Assembly: GCA_951406725.2 (NCBI GenBank)
Contig: OX597816.1
Span: 100,316,001-100,380,000 of the forward strand
Reading direction: 5' to 3'
Source of the DNA: Octopus vulgaris
Taxonomy: Eukaryota
DNA length: 64,000 nucleotides
Shown: piece by piece, positions 13,757-26,575 of the stretch
How the letters are laid out: each line of letters starts with the position of its first letter
Position numbering within the stretch: position 1 is the stretch's first letter
Program-made: the position numbers and the translations under genes
The notes under the pieces: model-generated
The model's database searches: none
What the model saw: the letters and a program-made list of their open reading frames with translations, nothing else
What the model was told of the DNA's origin: nothing

Positions 13757-13758
<2 letters not shown>
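11233..13758 (-). mobile_element. 5'-truncated, frameshifted RTE LINE (RT, PHD finger, 3' UTR)
   Basis: ORF pieces 13467-13706, 12876-13454, 12222-12443 and 11817-12017 are collinear with the 945-aa ORF. (CAT)n tail; (TA)n on both sides. Confidence 0.95.
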
Positions 13759-13794
<36 letters not shown>

Positions 13795-13801
13795 GTATGT
13801 A

Positions 13802-14074
13802 TCATCATCATCTGTTTTCGTGCTAGCATGGGTTGGACGGTTCGACCAGGGTCTTGGAAGCCAGGAGGCTGCACCAGGCTCCAGTCTGATCTGGCAGTGT
13901 TTCTACAGCTGGATGCCCTTCCTAACATGAACCACTCTGTGAGTGTAGTGGGTGCTTTTTACGTGCAACCAGCACAGGTGCCAGAGGAGGCTGGCAGCGG
14001 CCACGATTGCTTGGTGCTTTTTACATGCCACTGGCTCAGCGATTGGTTGGTGCTTTTTACGTGCCACCAGCACA
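13802..14074 (-). mobile_element. RTE 3' UTR fragment
   Basis: (CAT)n tail followed by tgctagcatgggttggacggttcgacc...ctggatgcccttcctaac; (TA)n on both sides. Confidence 0.9.
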
Positions 14075-14241
14075 GTTTTACATATATATATATATATACA
14101 TATATATATAGATACTGTTGTGTCTGGGGATAGTCATTTTCTTTTTGTGCCTTATAATGTAACCCACTTACTGGTAAAATTCCCACTTTTTTCTTATTTT
14201 TATTTTCCTAAAATATTTCCCAAACCAAATCCAAAAACGAA

Positions 14242-14750
<509 letters not shown>

Positions 14751-15069
14751 ATATATTTATATAGAGAATAAGAAAATGGAGGGAAAATAACAATACGAAT
14801 TGTGTCTTTGGCTCTAGGAAGCCATTATTTAATTAGCTGAGAAAGGTGAGACTAAGTTTATGATCGATTCTGTGTATCATGCTGAGGAAAGTATATATTA
14901 ATATTTTTGCCTCGTTACCAATGGTAGACATCATCAAAACGAAGAAGTCAGTGATAGATAAAAGAGCACAAGTTAGAGGGATAATCAGAAAAGAAAGCGT
15001 TCAATATGTATACAGACACGCACACACATATATATATATGTATATATACTCATATGTATATACACACAC

Positions 15070-15100
<31 letters not shown>

Positions 15101-15144
15101 TATATATATAGACATATATGTATCTATATATATATATATATATA

Positions 15145-15752
15145 CATAAATTTATATACATAAGGATAAGATCGTTATTTAAAATACTGATCATATCAAG
15201 TGGCTAGCACGGGAATAAAAACCTCATAAGTAATAATTATTATTAAAATTATAATTAAAGGTATTTAAAAGATACCACCATGCTAGATATAGCAGTCAAA
15301 ACTTGATTCTAAAACCAAATCAAATATTCATACAGCACCAGGAGAGAAGATAAAGAGACAAAATAAACTAGCAAAAAATTATTGGATAATTCCAGATCCC
15401 AGATTTCTGGCTTTGCATAAGAAATGCTTTGCCTCATCAGTGGAATATACACAAAATAGTACATAAATACAAATATATATGTATATACATCATACAAATA
15501 CTTAAATATATGCACGTATATACACATATATATGCATGTATGCACATGACCAGTTTAAATTGCCCTCCTAAACTCCTCGTGCAATATGGTCAAAATACCA
15601 CCACTGAATATAATGATGAAGTAAATATATAAATTTATATAAATAAGGGTAAGATCGTTATCTAAAATACTGATCATATCAAATAGCTAACATGGGAATA
15701 AAAACCACTGATGAGGCAAAGCATTTCTTATTCAAAGCCAGAAATCTGGAAT
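15145..15752. mobile_element. Penelope-like terminal-repeat remnant with direct and inverted partial repeats
   Basis: About 80-bp direct repeat (15145-15223 vs 15628-15706: ataaatttatata..taagatcgttat..aaaatactgatcatatcaa..gggaataaaaacc) and an inverted pair of hammerhead-like motifs (15389-15446 minus, 15705-15752 plus). This arrangement is typical of PLE ends. Confidence 0.6.
15389..15446 (-). ncRNA. Minimal type I hammerhead-ribozyme-like motif
   Basis: Minus strand: attcca-CTGATGA-ggc aaa gca tttctta tgc aaa gcc-a-GAAA-tc tgg ga-TC-tggaat. Has a 6-bp stem I, a stem II, a minimal stem III and an AUC cleavage triplet; there is one extra A before GAAA. Confidence 0.65.
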
Positions 15753-18746
15753 GTTTGAACTACATTTCTATGATCAGTCAACAATTTGAGAACTGATGTA
15801 TTAAACGAGTCAAACATATCTCAAGCATATCCACATTTGATAAAGTTCAGAGTTTAAGCCAGTTTTGGTGTTGGCTAACATAAATTCATTTATGCTCCAC
15901 CTTGATATTTTTTGTTTGTTTTACCATGCACATGTATCCATACACACACACACACACACATATATACTTGTGCATGCATATATAGGCATACATATTTTGT
16001 GCGTGTGTGCGTGCATGTGTGTGTGTGAGATAATCATTTTAACATCTACTTTTCCTGACCTGCATGGATCAGACAAGTGTGTTGTAGTAGGGTTGTTTTA
16101 CAGCTTGATGCCCTTCGTGTTGTCAGGATGTGTGTGTGCATGTGTGTGTGTGTGCTTGTGTTTGTAAGCATGTATGTGTGTATGTGTGTTATCCATACTG
16201 TCAAAGATCATCCATTATGTATCTATAAATTATTGCTCCTCTATTTCTGTTAATAAATGTTCCTGGTCTTGTTACTTTTTCTTTCTTTACTAGTTTTTCA
16301 CTGATATTTTAGGTATATTCTTCAGTATTCTGTTCCTTTTCCATCACATAAGTTTTAGTTGACAGTGTAAAACCTGCTATACATTCATTTCTGATCAATT
16401 GTCTTTTGCCATTAGCTCCTGTCTATGGCATTGTTTGCAGATTCTCTACATCTAATAATGCTTATGTCTAGATTCTCAGTAATTTGAGAAATATTTATCA
16501 TTTGCCAAGTTCCCCTAACCAGATAATGCTCTATAGCTCGATTTTATTATTTAAAATATGGTCGTGATATATTAGGTTTTCTCAAAGCATATACAATCAT
16601 AATTAATCTTTGCAAACATTGTATACTGTTAGCTGAGAAAGTTTGCACTGTCCTATAAAATTATCCATACTTCGACATAAAACCACTCATTTGTATAATT
16701 TAGAACCACTATATGGCTGGTATGTATTGTCTCAACTACAATGGAGTACAAATGCAACTTGGACATTGTTAAATCATCTAATTTGAAAGAATAATGTTGC
16801 AAATGGTTAGACTGCATACATATTTGAATGAGATAAATTTATTAATAATAATGTGTTTTTTTTCCATTACATATCATCTTATTAGGATGTAACAGAATAG
16901 CTATTATGCTTTTTATTTGTTTGCATTTCTTATTTTTCTTGGTTGTGTTGAAAGCATTGCTTAGAAATTATTGTGGTGAATGAAAGATTGTTTTAAAACA
17001 TTACTTGTATTATTTAAAGCAAGGTGAATGTTCCCTATTAATGTGAACATGCAGCTGTAAAAAGAATCATGGAAATATCTAAATTTGTAGTATTATCCAG
17101 TTCATATTAGCAGAGAAGTCATAAATGTAGGCTTGAAGAAAATCAAATGATTATTCAATTATGGACAAAAGATTTGGGTTTTTATATCCATGTACTTCAC
17201 TTACTTATTCTTCATTTGATTTTAAAGAATTACTTCTCCAACTAATAGATATTACCTGATACATTTCAGTGAACAACCACATTCTTACAACTACAATCTC
17301 ATTGCCCTGTTAATGCTTCAATTGCTTTGGAAATAGTGTGATAATATACTTTGTTCTCTTCTTTAATCCTACCTATTCTCTCGAATATAAAAATGAATGT
17401 TTTATCTTTTACAATGATGCCTTAATTTCGACATATCCTGGAATTCATATATTTAAATGCATTATTAAAGCAGCTGCTTTTCAGTTAGCAGCTCTTTTTA
17501 ATGCTGGATGGTTCTTAATTTCTGCAAAATTGTTTGTAGTGAGCACTTGTTATTTCTAGTTCATTCAATCAAAAGAATAAAGTAATATTATTGTTAGCTT
17601 GATCTAAAGAAACAATTATTACTTCTCTTTTAAAGAACATCGATTCCTTTTCAAATTGAGGTGCTCTTTGGATACAATTCTAAAACAGAAATTTGTTTTA
17701 TTTACTTTGTGTTGCTACCTGAAATACAACCATTACTAAAACTCAAAATGCTACATTAGTCAAACCAAAACAGATACCAATTTAAATGAATCTCAGATAT
17801 TTCTATTCAAATCATTAGATACTTTCTGTAGAGAGTTACTGGTCATGTCACTGATATATAGAGAAAATAGGATTTTCTCTGAAATACTTGTAAGTTTGTA
17901 CATATCCACGCAGTTTTGTTTTTATATAAAATCACTTTGGTATACACACTATGTATTTTATGATATATTACTGTTTCAAAAGTAAAATGTATTTTTACTT
18001 GTATATAAATAAAATCATTGATGAAACCTGATGGAATATTTAAATGAATGAAAGAAGTATTTAAGTATAAATAAACTTTGGCACAAATCTGTTTGGCTAG
18101 TGATTGTTAGCAAAATAACAATCTAAGAAAAGACATTTCAAAGTAATTTGGAAGAAGTTATATTTGTTGGAAGTATTCCAAGGGGAATAATTATTAAAAT
18201 GGACATATGCTGCAAATGAGAGGAAAGAAATGTCCTTAAAAGGAGAGCTCCTTTGCCAACATTGATTCAAAGCACCCAATATACATTTCTATCCAAGTTG
18301 ACAAATTTGGTGTGAGCTGGAGCTAGTTTTAGTTGGAAAAATCTCAAGTATCTAAAAGTTATTGAATTTCCTCACTTTATTTTTTTTTCCCATTTTTATG
18401 TCAAGTCTTTCTCACAACTGACATGGAATATAGTGATTTAAAGAAAAGTAAAAGTCCCAGCAGATCTTGAATATAATAGTAGTAAATAGGTCATGTATTA
18501 CATACGTGTTTTTCAAAAGTAAGGGTTGCCAACTCTTGTCTTTTATCTACTTCATCTTTAAGATGGGCAATTTCTTATCAAGTTTTATATGAAATATCTC
18601 ATCAGTCAATTTGATGCCACTATATAAATGTTAAAAGAATTAGAATACTGAAACTACATGTTCCTTGTTATAGAAAAAACATAAAGGGGATTATTGGTGT
18701 AACCAGTGCTGGTGTTATGAGGAAGATACTGTTTAACATAAGTCCG

Positions 18747-18906
18747 CTAGAAATAACAGCCAAATCTCTCTTTGATCACATTCTTCCATCATTAAAAAGA
18801 GAAAGAGCATATTGGATTGTGTAGTCTAGCCTGAGATAAATAATGCTCTTTCTCTTTTTAAAGATGGTAGAATGTGATCAAAGAGAGATTTAGCTGTTAA
18901 TTCTAG
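18747..18906. repeat. Fold-back inverted repeat: 64-bp arms (60/64 paired), 32-nt loop
   Basis: 18747-18810 is the reverse complement of 18843-18906 with 4 mismatches. Confidence 0.95.
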
Positions 18907-20039
18907 AATGTATAATATTGGTATTAGTAATAACAACAGTTGTAATATGAACTTGATTGTAGACATTCTAAAATATCCCACTAGTTCCCTCTGGCTTTTT
19001 AGTTAACAATATATCTCAGAAACTTAATCATTCACTTTAATATTGCTGTTCTACATAGATGGCTTTGTTTGTTGTTCATAACTTATGTGAACATAGTTTT
19101 AGTAATCTATAAGTTTCAAAATTATAGACTTTTCCATTACCTTTACAAGCCCACATAGATTCAAAACTGTTTAGTATGCAGTACATACAGATTCATATAC
19201 CTGCAGACAAATGATCTCTTTAGATTTTAGCAGCATGGGTCTGTTGTAAAAAAAGTAGAAGGCATGAGAAATTCTGTAATATACTTATAATTTACATATA
19301 TTCACAGAGGATATAATATTTATAAGTATATTGAATAAAGATATTTTTAACATCTTGCCCAAAACCAGATACTTAAATGTAATAATTCATTTCATATTCT
19401 TCTCAGTATATTGCTCCTGCAATGCAGTATTTGCCATGCACTCTTCACAATATGTATATAGCTATATGTATACCAACTTATTACAGCATGCTATAAATAA
19501 AGTGTTGAAGTGCATTTCATATATATGTACACAGAAACCTGACTTGGGATGCCATTTCAGTATACAGAGAAATTTTCCCAAAACAGTACTGTCACAAAGA
19601 CTGATATCTAAAATCTGAACATGTTATGATATTTAGAATATAAACTTGGCTATTTCCAAATAAATTTAAAACTCTCACAGGATAGATTTATTACTAAAAT
19701 ATTGAATGAATGAAAAGCTATAATAAACAAAATATATAAGTTATTTCAACTATCTGATATTTTATATGTATATGTAAGAAAGTCTGTGTGATGTACATAC
19801 ATATTCCATAGATTATATTGTAAAATAATTTTTGTGATTACCACAGCTCGCAAATTGTTATTAGCATATCCTTAGCTCTTTTACATATATACTGAAAATA
19901 ATATAAATTGAAGTTAGTATCATCTATTTGGCATAAAGTATACCCATACTATTTAATTAGAACATATTCGAACCTGGTGCTTTATTCTTTTTACATATTT
20001 TATATCCTATATCATAATACTTACTTCATAAAAATTCTT

Positions 20040-20716
20040 TGAAAACTCATTGCTCATTAAAAATCCATCTCCCAACACCTCCCTCTCCCCCTACTCAGAC
20101 TCCCCACCAATTGTATTCCCCTCCCCTCCAGCTTCCACTCTTTCTCACAAACCCGCCAGAACCTACCAGCACACAGTTTGTCCCTGTCTTATCTCTTCCC
20201 TATAATATATCCTCCTCTTAATACCCTTCCCACTACCTTTGTTCACTCACTGCACTCTCTCCACCCTCCATCTACTCTCCTCGCAAAATCTCACAAACTT
20301 ACCCACCCATGCACCAACTCACCCTCTCCAATCTCTGGTCCACTTCACTTTATACATCTCCTCTTAATTTGGGGGTACCCCCACCATCTCATCTTCACCA
20401 CCTTCTCTCTCCCCTCTTTCTCCACCTGAACCATTAGTGTTTTCTTCTCTACTACAAGTCACTGTTTTCTGACTCTCAATACCACTTACCCACTCAGTTA
20501 AAGGGGTTTTTTATCTTGTAAGTTACTTGATGACCCTGCTGATGCTATATAAAAAGTACTCAGTACACTCTGTAAAGTGGTTGGCTTTAGGAAGTGCATC
20601 CTATCAAGAAACCATGCCAAAGCAAACAGTAGAGCTTGATGCAGTCTTCTGATTTGCCAGTTTTTGCCAGATCATCCAACTTATGCCAGCATGGAAAATA
20701 TGTTAAATTATAATGA
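20040..20716 (+). mobile_element. Old RTE-related 3' region (C/T-rich segment plus RTE-type tail)
   Basis: Ends aaagtggttggctttaggaagtgcatcc...atgccagcatggaaaatatgttaaattataatgacgat, resembling the RTE tail. Confidence 0.6.
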
Positions 20717-20744
20717 CGATAATGTGTGTATATATGATGTATTA

Positions 20745-21224
20745 GTCATGGTCACTGTTGGTGCCATGTAAATAACACTTGTGCATTGTAGTCTGGGCCA
20801 TTGCCTGTGCCATGTAAATTGCACCTGCGTATCATGGTCATTGACGGTACCATTTAAATGGCACCCAGGAATTGTAGTCATGGTTGTTGATGGTGCCATG
20901 TAAATGGCATCCATGAAATCGTAGTTGTAGTCACTGCAAGTGCCATGTAAATGACACCTGTGCATCATAGTTTTGGTCCTTACTGGTACCATGTACATGC
21001 CACCTGTCAGTTATAGTTGTGGTCATTGTCAGTGTCATGTAAATGCCACCCATGCCGGTGGTACATAAAAGCACCCATTGCACTTCTGGAGTGGTTGGCA
21101 TCAGAAAGGGCATCCAGCTGTAGAAATCATGCTAAATCAGACTGGAACCTGGTGCAACTCATCAGCTCCAGTCCAGCTGTTTAATCCAAGTCAGCATGGA
21201 CAACAGATGTTAAATGATGATGAT
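20745..21224 (+). mobile_element. RTE 3' UTR fragment carrying a 7-unit palindromic minisatellite
   Basis: Seven GTGCCATGTAAATGGCAC-like units at 20761, 20807, 20847, 20893, 20940, 20986 and 21032, then the standard RTE tail and (GAT)n. Confidence 0.85.
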
Positions 21225-21227
21225 TCT

Positions 21228-21505
21228 CCTGTTGATTTCAGCATATGAATGTCCAATTGTTCAATCAAATGAACGATCACCTACCCACTGAATTAACATG
21301 TAGAGTGGTTGAATTTTCTGCACCTGTGTACCCTTGACATAATCCTCAGTTAGAATCAGCATGATATAGAGGGATAGGTCGAGACCTACAGATGTAGTCC
21401 ATCTGACAGGCTTCTACAGAACCTGTTTGCTGAATTTCTTTCAAATGGCTTGGGTGGACAGCACATTGTTGTAAAGCAAATGAACCAGTAAGCCATGCTT
21501 GCATC
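21228..21505 (-). mobile_element. Diverged SINE of another family
   Basis: The minus strand begins with a tRNA-like head (gcaagcatggcttactggttc...) next to a TA/TG run; family recognised by eye only. Confidence 0.45.
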
Positions 21506-21513
21506 CTTGTGTG

Positions 21514-21555
<42 letters not shown>

Positions 21556-22969
21556 TATGTATTATATGTATTATACATGAACCATGTATATATTGTTGAA
21601 AGGCAAGTTACTGTGATAGTTGTCTGAGATAGCATCACTCATAGATGTGTTGTTTTTTACAACATCATATATATCCAAGGGAAATGAAAAATCATCCCAG
21701 CAGCAGCTAATGAGAACACCAAAGGTATTTTGACTTAGCTGGGCCTTATCAGTAACATAACCCACTGTCAACCAGATGCCTGGATGAGATTTGTCACCTC
21801 CAGTATAGGAAACAGTGAATGAAATAATAGATGATAAATTATATTAGAATATTATATTAGAATATTATTAAGGTGTTATATGATATACTGAGCATGATAT
21901 GTGAATCATCTCTTTTATAACATTGTTATGTACCTCCAGTGTATAGCGTGTGCCAAAGTGATCCTTGTTCAGTCAAACTTTATGCACCTATTGATAAATA
22001 TTGATTATTAATTCAATGAGTAAAGTTACAGCAAAAAGGTATATAGGAGTATGTTTTACAGATGTTATTTGTACATGTGTGTGTTTGAATTATTTTAGCA
22101 TGGCTACTATTGGTTACTGTTGCTCATTAAAAATTTTTTGTGTGGTTAGAGTCATCATTTTCCCCAAAAAGTGGAGTAGATATTAGTGTGCATAAACATA
22201 AAAATAAGATAAAAGTATTTTATTCAGTACAAGCAATGGAAATAGTTCATAAACAAGTGCATTAGAATTACCGGCAGTTGTAGAGCAAAGTTTTTGATAA
22301 GGTATTGCTTTATTAAAATGTTACTTATAAAATAGGTTGGAGAATTTCAAAAAGATTCAATGGGACTTTCTAAAATCTTGGTTATATGAGAAACTACGTG
22401 TTCTTATTTCTCTGATAAAATGGAACCATTTTCTTTCAGGAATATTTCTATTTAATAAATCTTGACACATTTATTTCTGTACTAGTAGTAATGATGCAAT
22501 GCAGAAATTGCAGAATAAAACAAACTTTTCTGGAAACTGTGTATGCATACAAGTGGTTTGAGTACTTTAAGAATAAGACTAAGATTTTCTGACAAAGGAA
22601 ATCGAAAATTGATAAATAGGAAATAAAAAGATGTGAGGATTTATATAGGAAAAGAGCAAAAATAATTGTAGTTAGAACAAGGTAAAATAATTATACTAAT
22701 ATTGTCTATACTAATGGAAAGAAGAAAGAGAAAAGAAAGATGGAAACAAGACAAAATGGAGAATAAAAGCTAAAGAGGCTGAGATTGTTCATCAGTTAAC
22801 TTTATTAGAGTTGTCGTATTGATCTTGTCTTTTATTGATCTCTCCTAATGCACTGTAGACCAAGTGATGGGATAAGCATTATAGGTAAGGAGTTGATTGT
22901 TCAACTGATCTCTATATCAAAGAATAATAGAATATTATATTTTTCTACATGTGTTTTACATCGTTTTAT

Positions 22970-23019
<50 letters not shown>

Positions 23020-23807
23020 GTGTTTGTGTGTGTATGTAAATGCAGGTGTATAAGTATTATGCATTCATAGATTGATAAGCTGATACACAGTCACATTTAT
23101 TAGATCAGTAGATATAAGCATATATGTCTGTTTAATTTGGATGGGTGAAAAAGAAAGAAAGAATAAATTTCAAGGCAAATGACTAGTTATGGAAAGATAA
23201 TACTTTAAATTAGGCCCTCATGCAAGAATTTTGTGAATAATAGTGAATAAAATACTTTAGAATATGAGTTCTAGGAAATTATTTGGATAGATTGAAAATA
23301 TAGCATTAATATTACAAACTTTAAAAATCTAATGCAGTCAAGCTATGGTAATTATTCACTCTGTCAACTGCTTCTTAACTTAGAAATTGATAGGTGTTTT
23401 TGGATAGAGTTTTAAAACATGTCCTCATCAAAAACAAGACAGAACAGTTAAGGAAAGTATAAAAATAATGAAATCCAAGAGATATATGAAGATTTATTAT
23501 TTTACAACTATATTTTCCATAATTTACGATTATATAAAAATTATTCTGATTTAAAAAAAAAAAAAAAATTCTCTTTATTCATGCCATTGTTCAAACTGCT
23601 GATGTAGCTACTACTAGATAGCCTTCGTTATTATTATTTGGTTGAGGTTAACTACTATGTGGTTACTGTTATTTAGACCTAGATCAACTCTGATCAAGAA
23701 GGTCCATTATTAAAGGTATGCCAATCATGACAATTATCTCCTTTTAGGGGTATGTAGGGCGACATCATTGGTCTTTTCTTTATTTAAGGCACTATGGTGT
23801 AATTTAA

Positions 23808-24024
23808 CCCTTTAGCATTTAAACCAGCCATATCTGGCCAAAATATTCTGTCTGTGTTATCTTCAAATTGGCCAGATCTAGTCTCTCACACCTACCCAAC
23901 TATGTCATTTTAAAAATGGACAATTATATGATCAAAATTTCAAAGGTATGAGATAATGCATGATTAATTCAAAACAATGGGATTAAATAAGTATATTTTA
24001 TGAAGTAATATGAGTACTAAAGGG
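23808..24024. mobile_element. piggyBac-type MITE nested in an older repeat
   Basis: TTAA|CCCTTTAGCA ... TACTAAAGGG|TGAA: short TIRs starting CCC with a (mutated) TTAA target site; about 217 bp, non-coding. Confidence 0.65.
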
Positions 24025-26229
24025 TGAAATCAGATTTGGCTACTATTTCTGACCTGATAATAACTAAATATAAGCTCTTTTGTTGGCTCTCCTAGAAACA
24101 TTAGTGAAGTTTCTCTCAAAACATGCCTGCTATCGTAAAGACAAAGGAGATAATGTAAACCAAGTGATGGTTGTAATGGAAATGCCTTTGGTCATGTCTA
24201 CTCGGTAAAGGGCTATACTACTACTACTACTGATGATGATGATGATGATAATTAATTAAAGTAGAATCTGGTTGATTTTTTAAAAAATTTAATTTATTAG
24301 GACAAGACTTAATATTATATGTTACTCTGTACTGTTTCTGGCAACTCTTCATTTCTTTATTCTGGTAATTCTGCTATCTATGAACCATTATGATTTTGCT
24401 TGTGCTGCACGTTATCCCTGTATAATGATCATACTCATTAATAGCAACCATCAGTGATATTTGTTTGTAGAATTATTCAGATAGAAGAAATAATATCAAC
24501 CATTATTGCTAAATTGTGTGACCAAAAGTATTAGTCTTAAAACTTCAAAGACACCATTACTATTCTTTATAGAATATTTTATAGGAAATAACAGATTTTG
24601 TTTATGAGCACGAAAATTTTATAAATTTAGCATTACAATTTACAATCTAGTTCAATGCATCTCTATGAGTTTATATGTTGAAACCCTGTAACATCAATTG
24701 TTATGTCATAAGCATATCTCAGTGAGATAAATTTATTTTATTAATGGTCTTTGATTTACTTTGCCTATCTTTCAAAACATAATGCATTGCATTCGACTGA
24801 ACCTGTATTATTAGCTCATTTCCTTACATTCTCAATTACTTACCTTATATGTTTTGTATAAGTTTAAATAATTCATTTCTATATTCAACATAATGAAATC
24901 TAAATGTTAAAATGTATTAATGCAATTAGAAATAATTGTATTCTATATGAGAAAGGTATTTCATTTAACAAATATTAATTGCCATTTATGATTTTACTTC
25001 CATGTCCCTTTCTGAAATTAGTTTTTAACAGAAATACATTGAACCATAAACCTATTTATTTTTCAATATATTCTACCATTGAAAAATGTACCATAATTTT
25101 TTTAGAAGAAGGGTCACTACTCAAGACATTTTTAATATTTTTTCAGTGAGGTCTATGCAAGTGGATTACTATCTTGAACCTCTATGGGTTCACATATATA
25201 AAGGATTATGGAATGCTTTTAATGTAATGTCTTAAAAATGAAGCACAATAAGGAAGTTGAGAGGAGGGTAGACATGTGCATCAGATGAGCTTAAATTTAA
25301 GTTATATACAGTTTGCTAATTCAGAGAAACAAAGAAGTAGCAATAGAAAAGACAAGGAGAAAAAACACTTTATTTTAAATCCAGTGTTGTACTCTACTGG
25401 TGACTCAATCCCTACTAATTTCTCTAGCAATACTGTTTCAGATAAGAGGAGAGTACTGCAATGTAAGATTTAATTAGTTTTATACAGAATCGGAAACTAC
25501 TGATCAGGCTGAGGTAAGGTTTTTGACATGATGAGGAAGCATAGTTTTTGAGATACAACACTAACAACATTTTACATGTGATGTCACCGTAAGAACCTGT
25601 CACCTATTGGGAGACTTAATTTTTGTAATGACTTTGAGCATTTTACTTAGATGATGATCATATGAGTATCTCCTATCTATATTGAAGGAGACTTGTTTGT
25701 CATGTTCCCATTAAAGGAAATTTTTTTTAAGTTTCTATTTTTGAAAGGAGTGCAAGTCTTGCATGAAATGTTTAGATTGCATTTAGAAGATGCCTGGGTG
25801 TTAAACATTTATGGGGAATGAAAAGTAATGTAATGCCATCTACATTTGGGTATGTTTTGACAAAAATGACAAATAGGTCATTAATGCATCAATCAAGATA
25901 GATCCCTGTAAGAAGAAAAAGAACTGAAAAACAAGGATAGAAGCTAGTTCTGGGAGTGGGGTGTACTGTTTTAAGGTGTTTAGTGGAAAGAACAACATTA
26001 GTTTTAATCATCTTGCTGAGTTGAAGTAATTGGAAAAGTTTTATACTTAGTAAGGGCATCCAGCCATAGAAACCAAGACAAAACAGGCTGGAGCCTGGTG
26101 TAGCTTTCCAGCTTACCAGTTTCTTTATTAACAAGAATGGAAGGATGAGGCTTACTAAGTCATATTGCTAAGGAATAACAAGTAGGAGGATACAATACAC
26201 ACATCCTGCCTTTTATATATACAGATATA

Positions 26230-26277
<48 letters not shown>

Positions 26278-26374
26278 AGACAACTAAGTTGCCACACAGT
26301 AGGACTGAACCCAGAACCATGTGGCTTGTAAGCAAGCTGCTGACCACACACCCACACCTGCATCTCTCTCTCTC

Positions 26375-26412
<38 letters not shown>

Positions 26413-26575
26413 GAGAGAGAGGTTCAAGATATATATATATATATAGATAGATAGATATAGATATATCCATATATATATATATATATTTAGAAATATATAG
26501 ATATATAATAGTTATTATTTGAGGGAATAAAATCCAAACTTACAAGGAAAAAAATTCAATTTTTATATATATATA

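Noticed and set aside
20761-21049. True CRISPR array
   Set aside because: Spacers are mutually homologous, the array lies in an RTE 3' UTR in eukaryotic DNA, and there are no cas genes.
25311-25513. Exon(s) near the GTAAGA/GTAAGG donors at 25463 and 25514
   Set aside because: Several mutually incompatible weak acceptors; no single supportable model.
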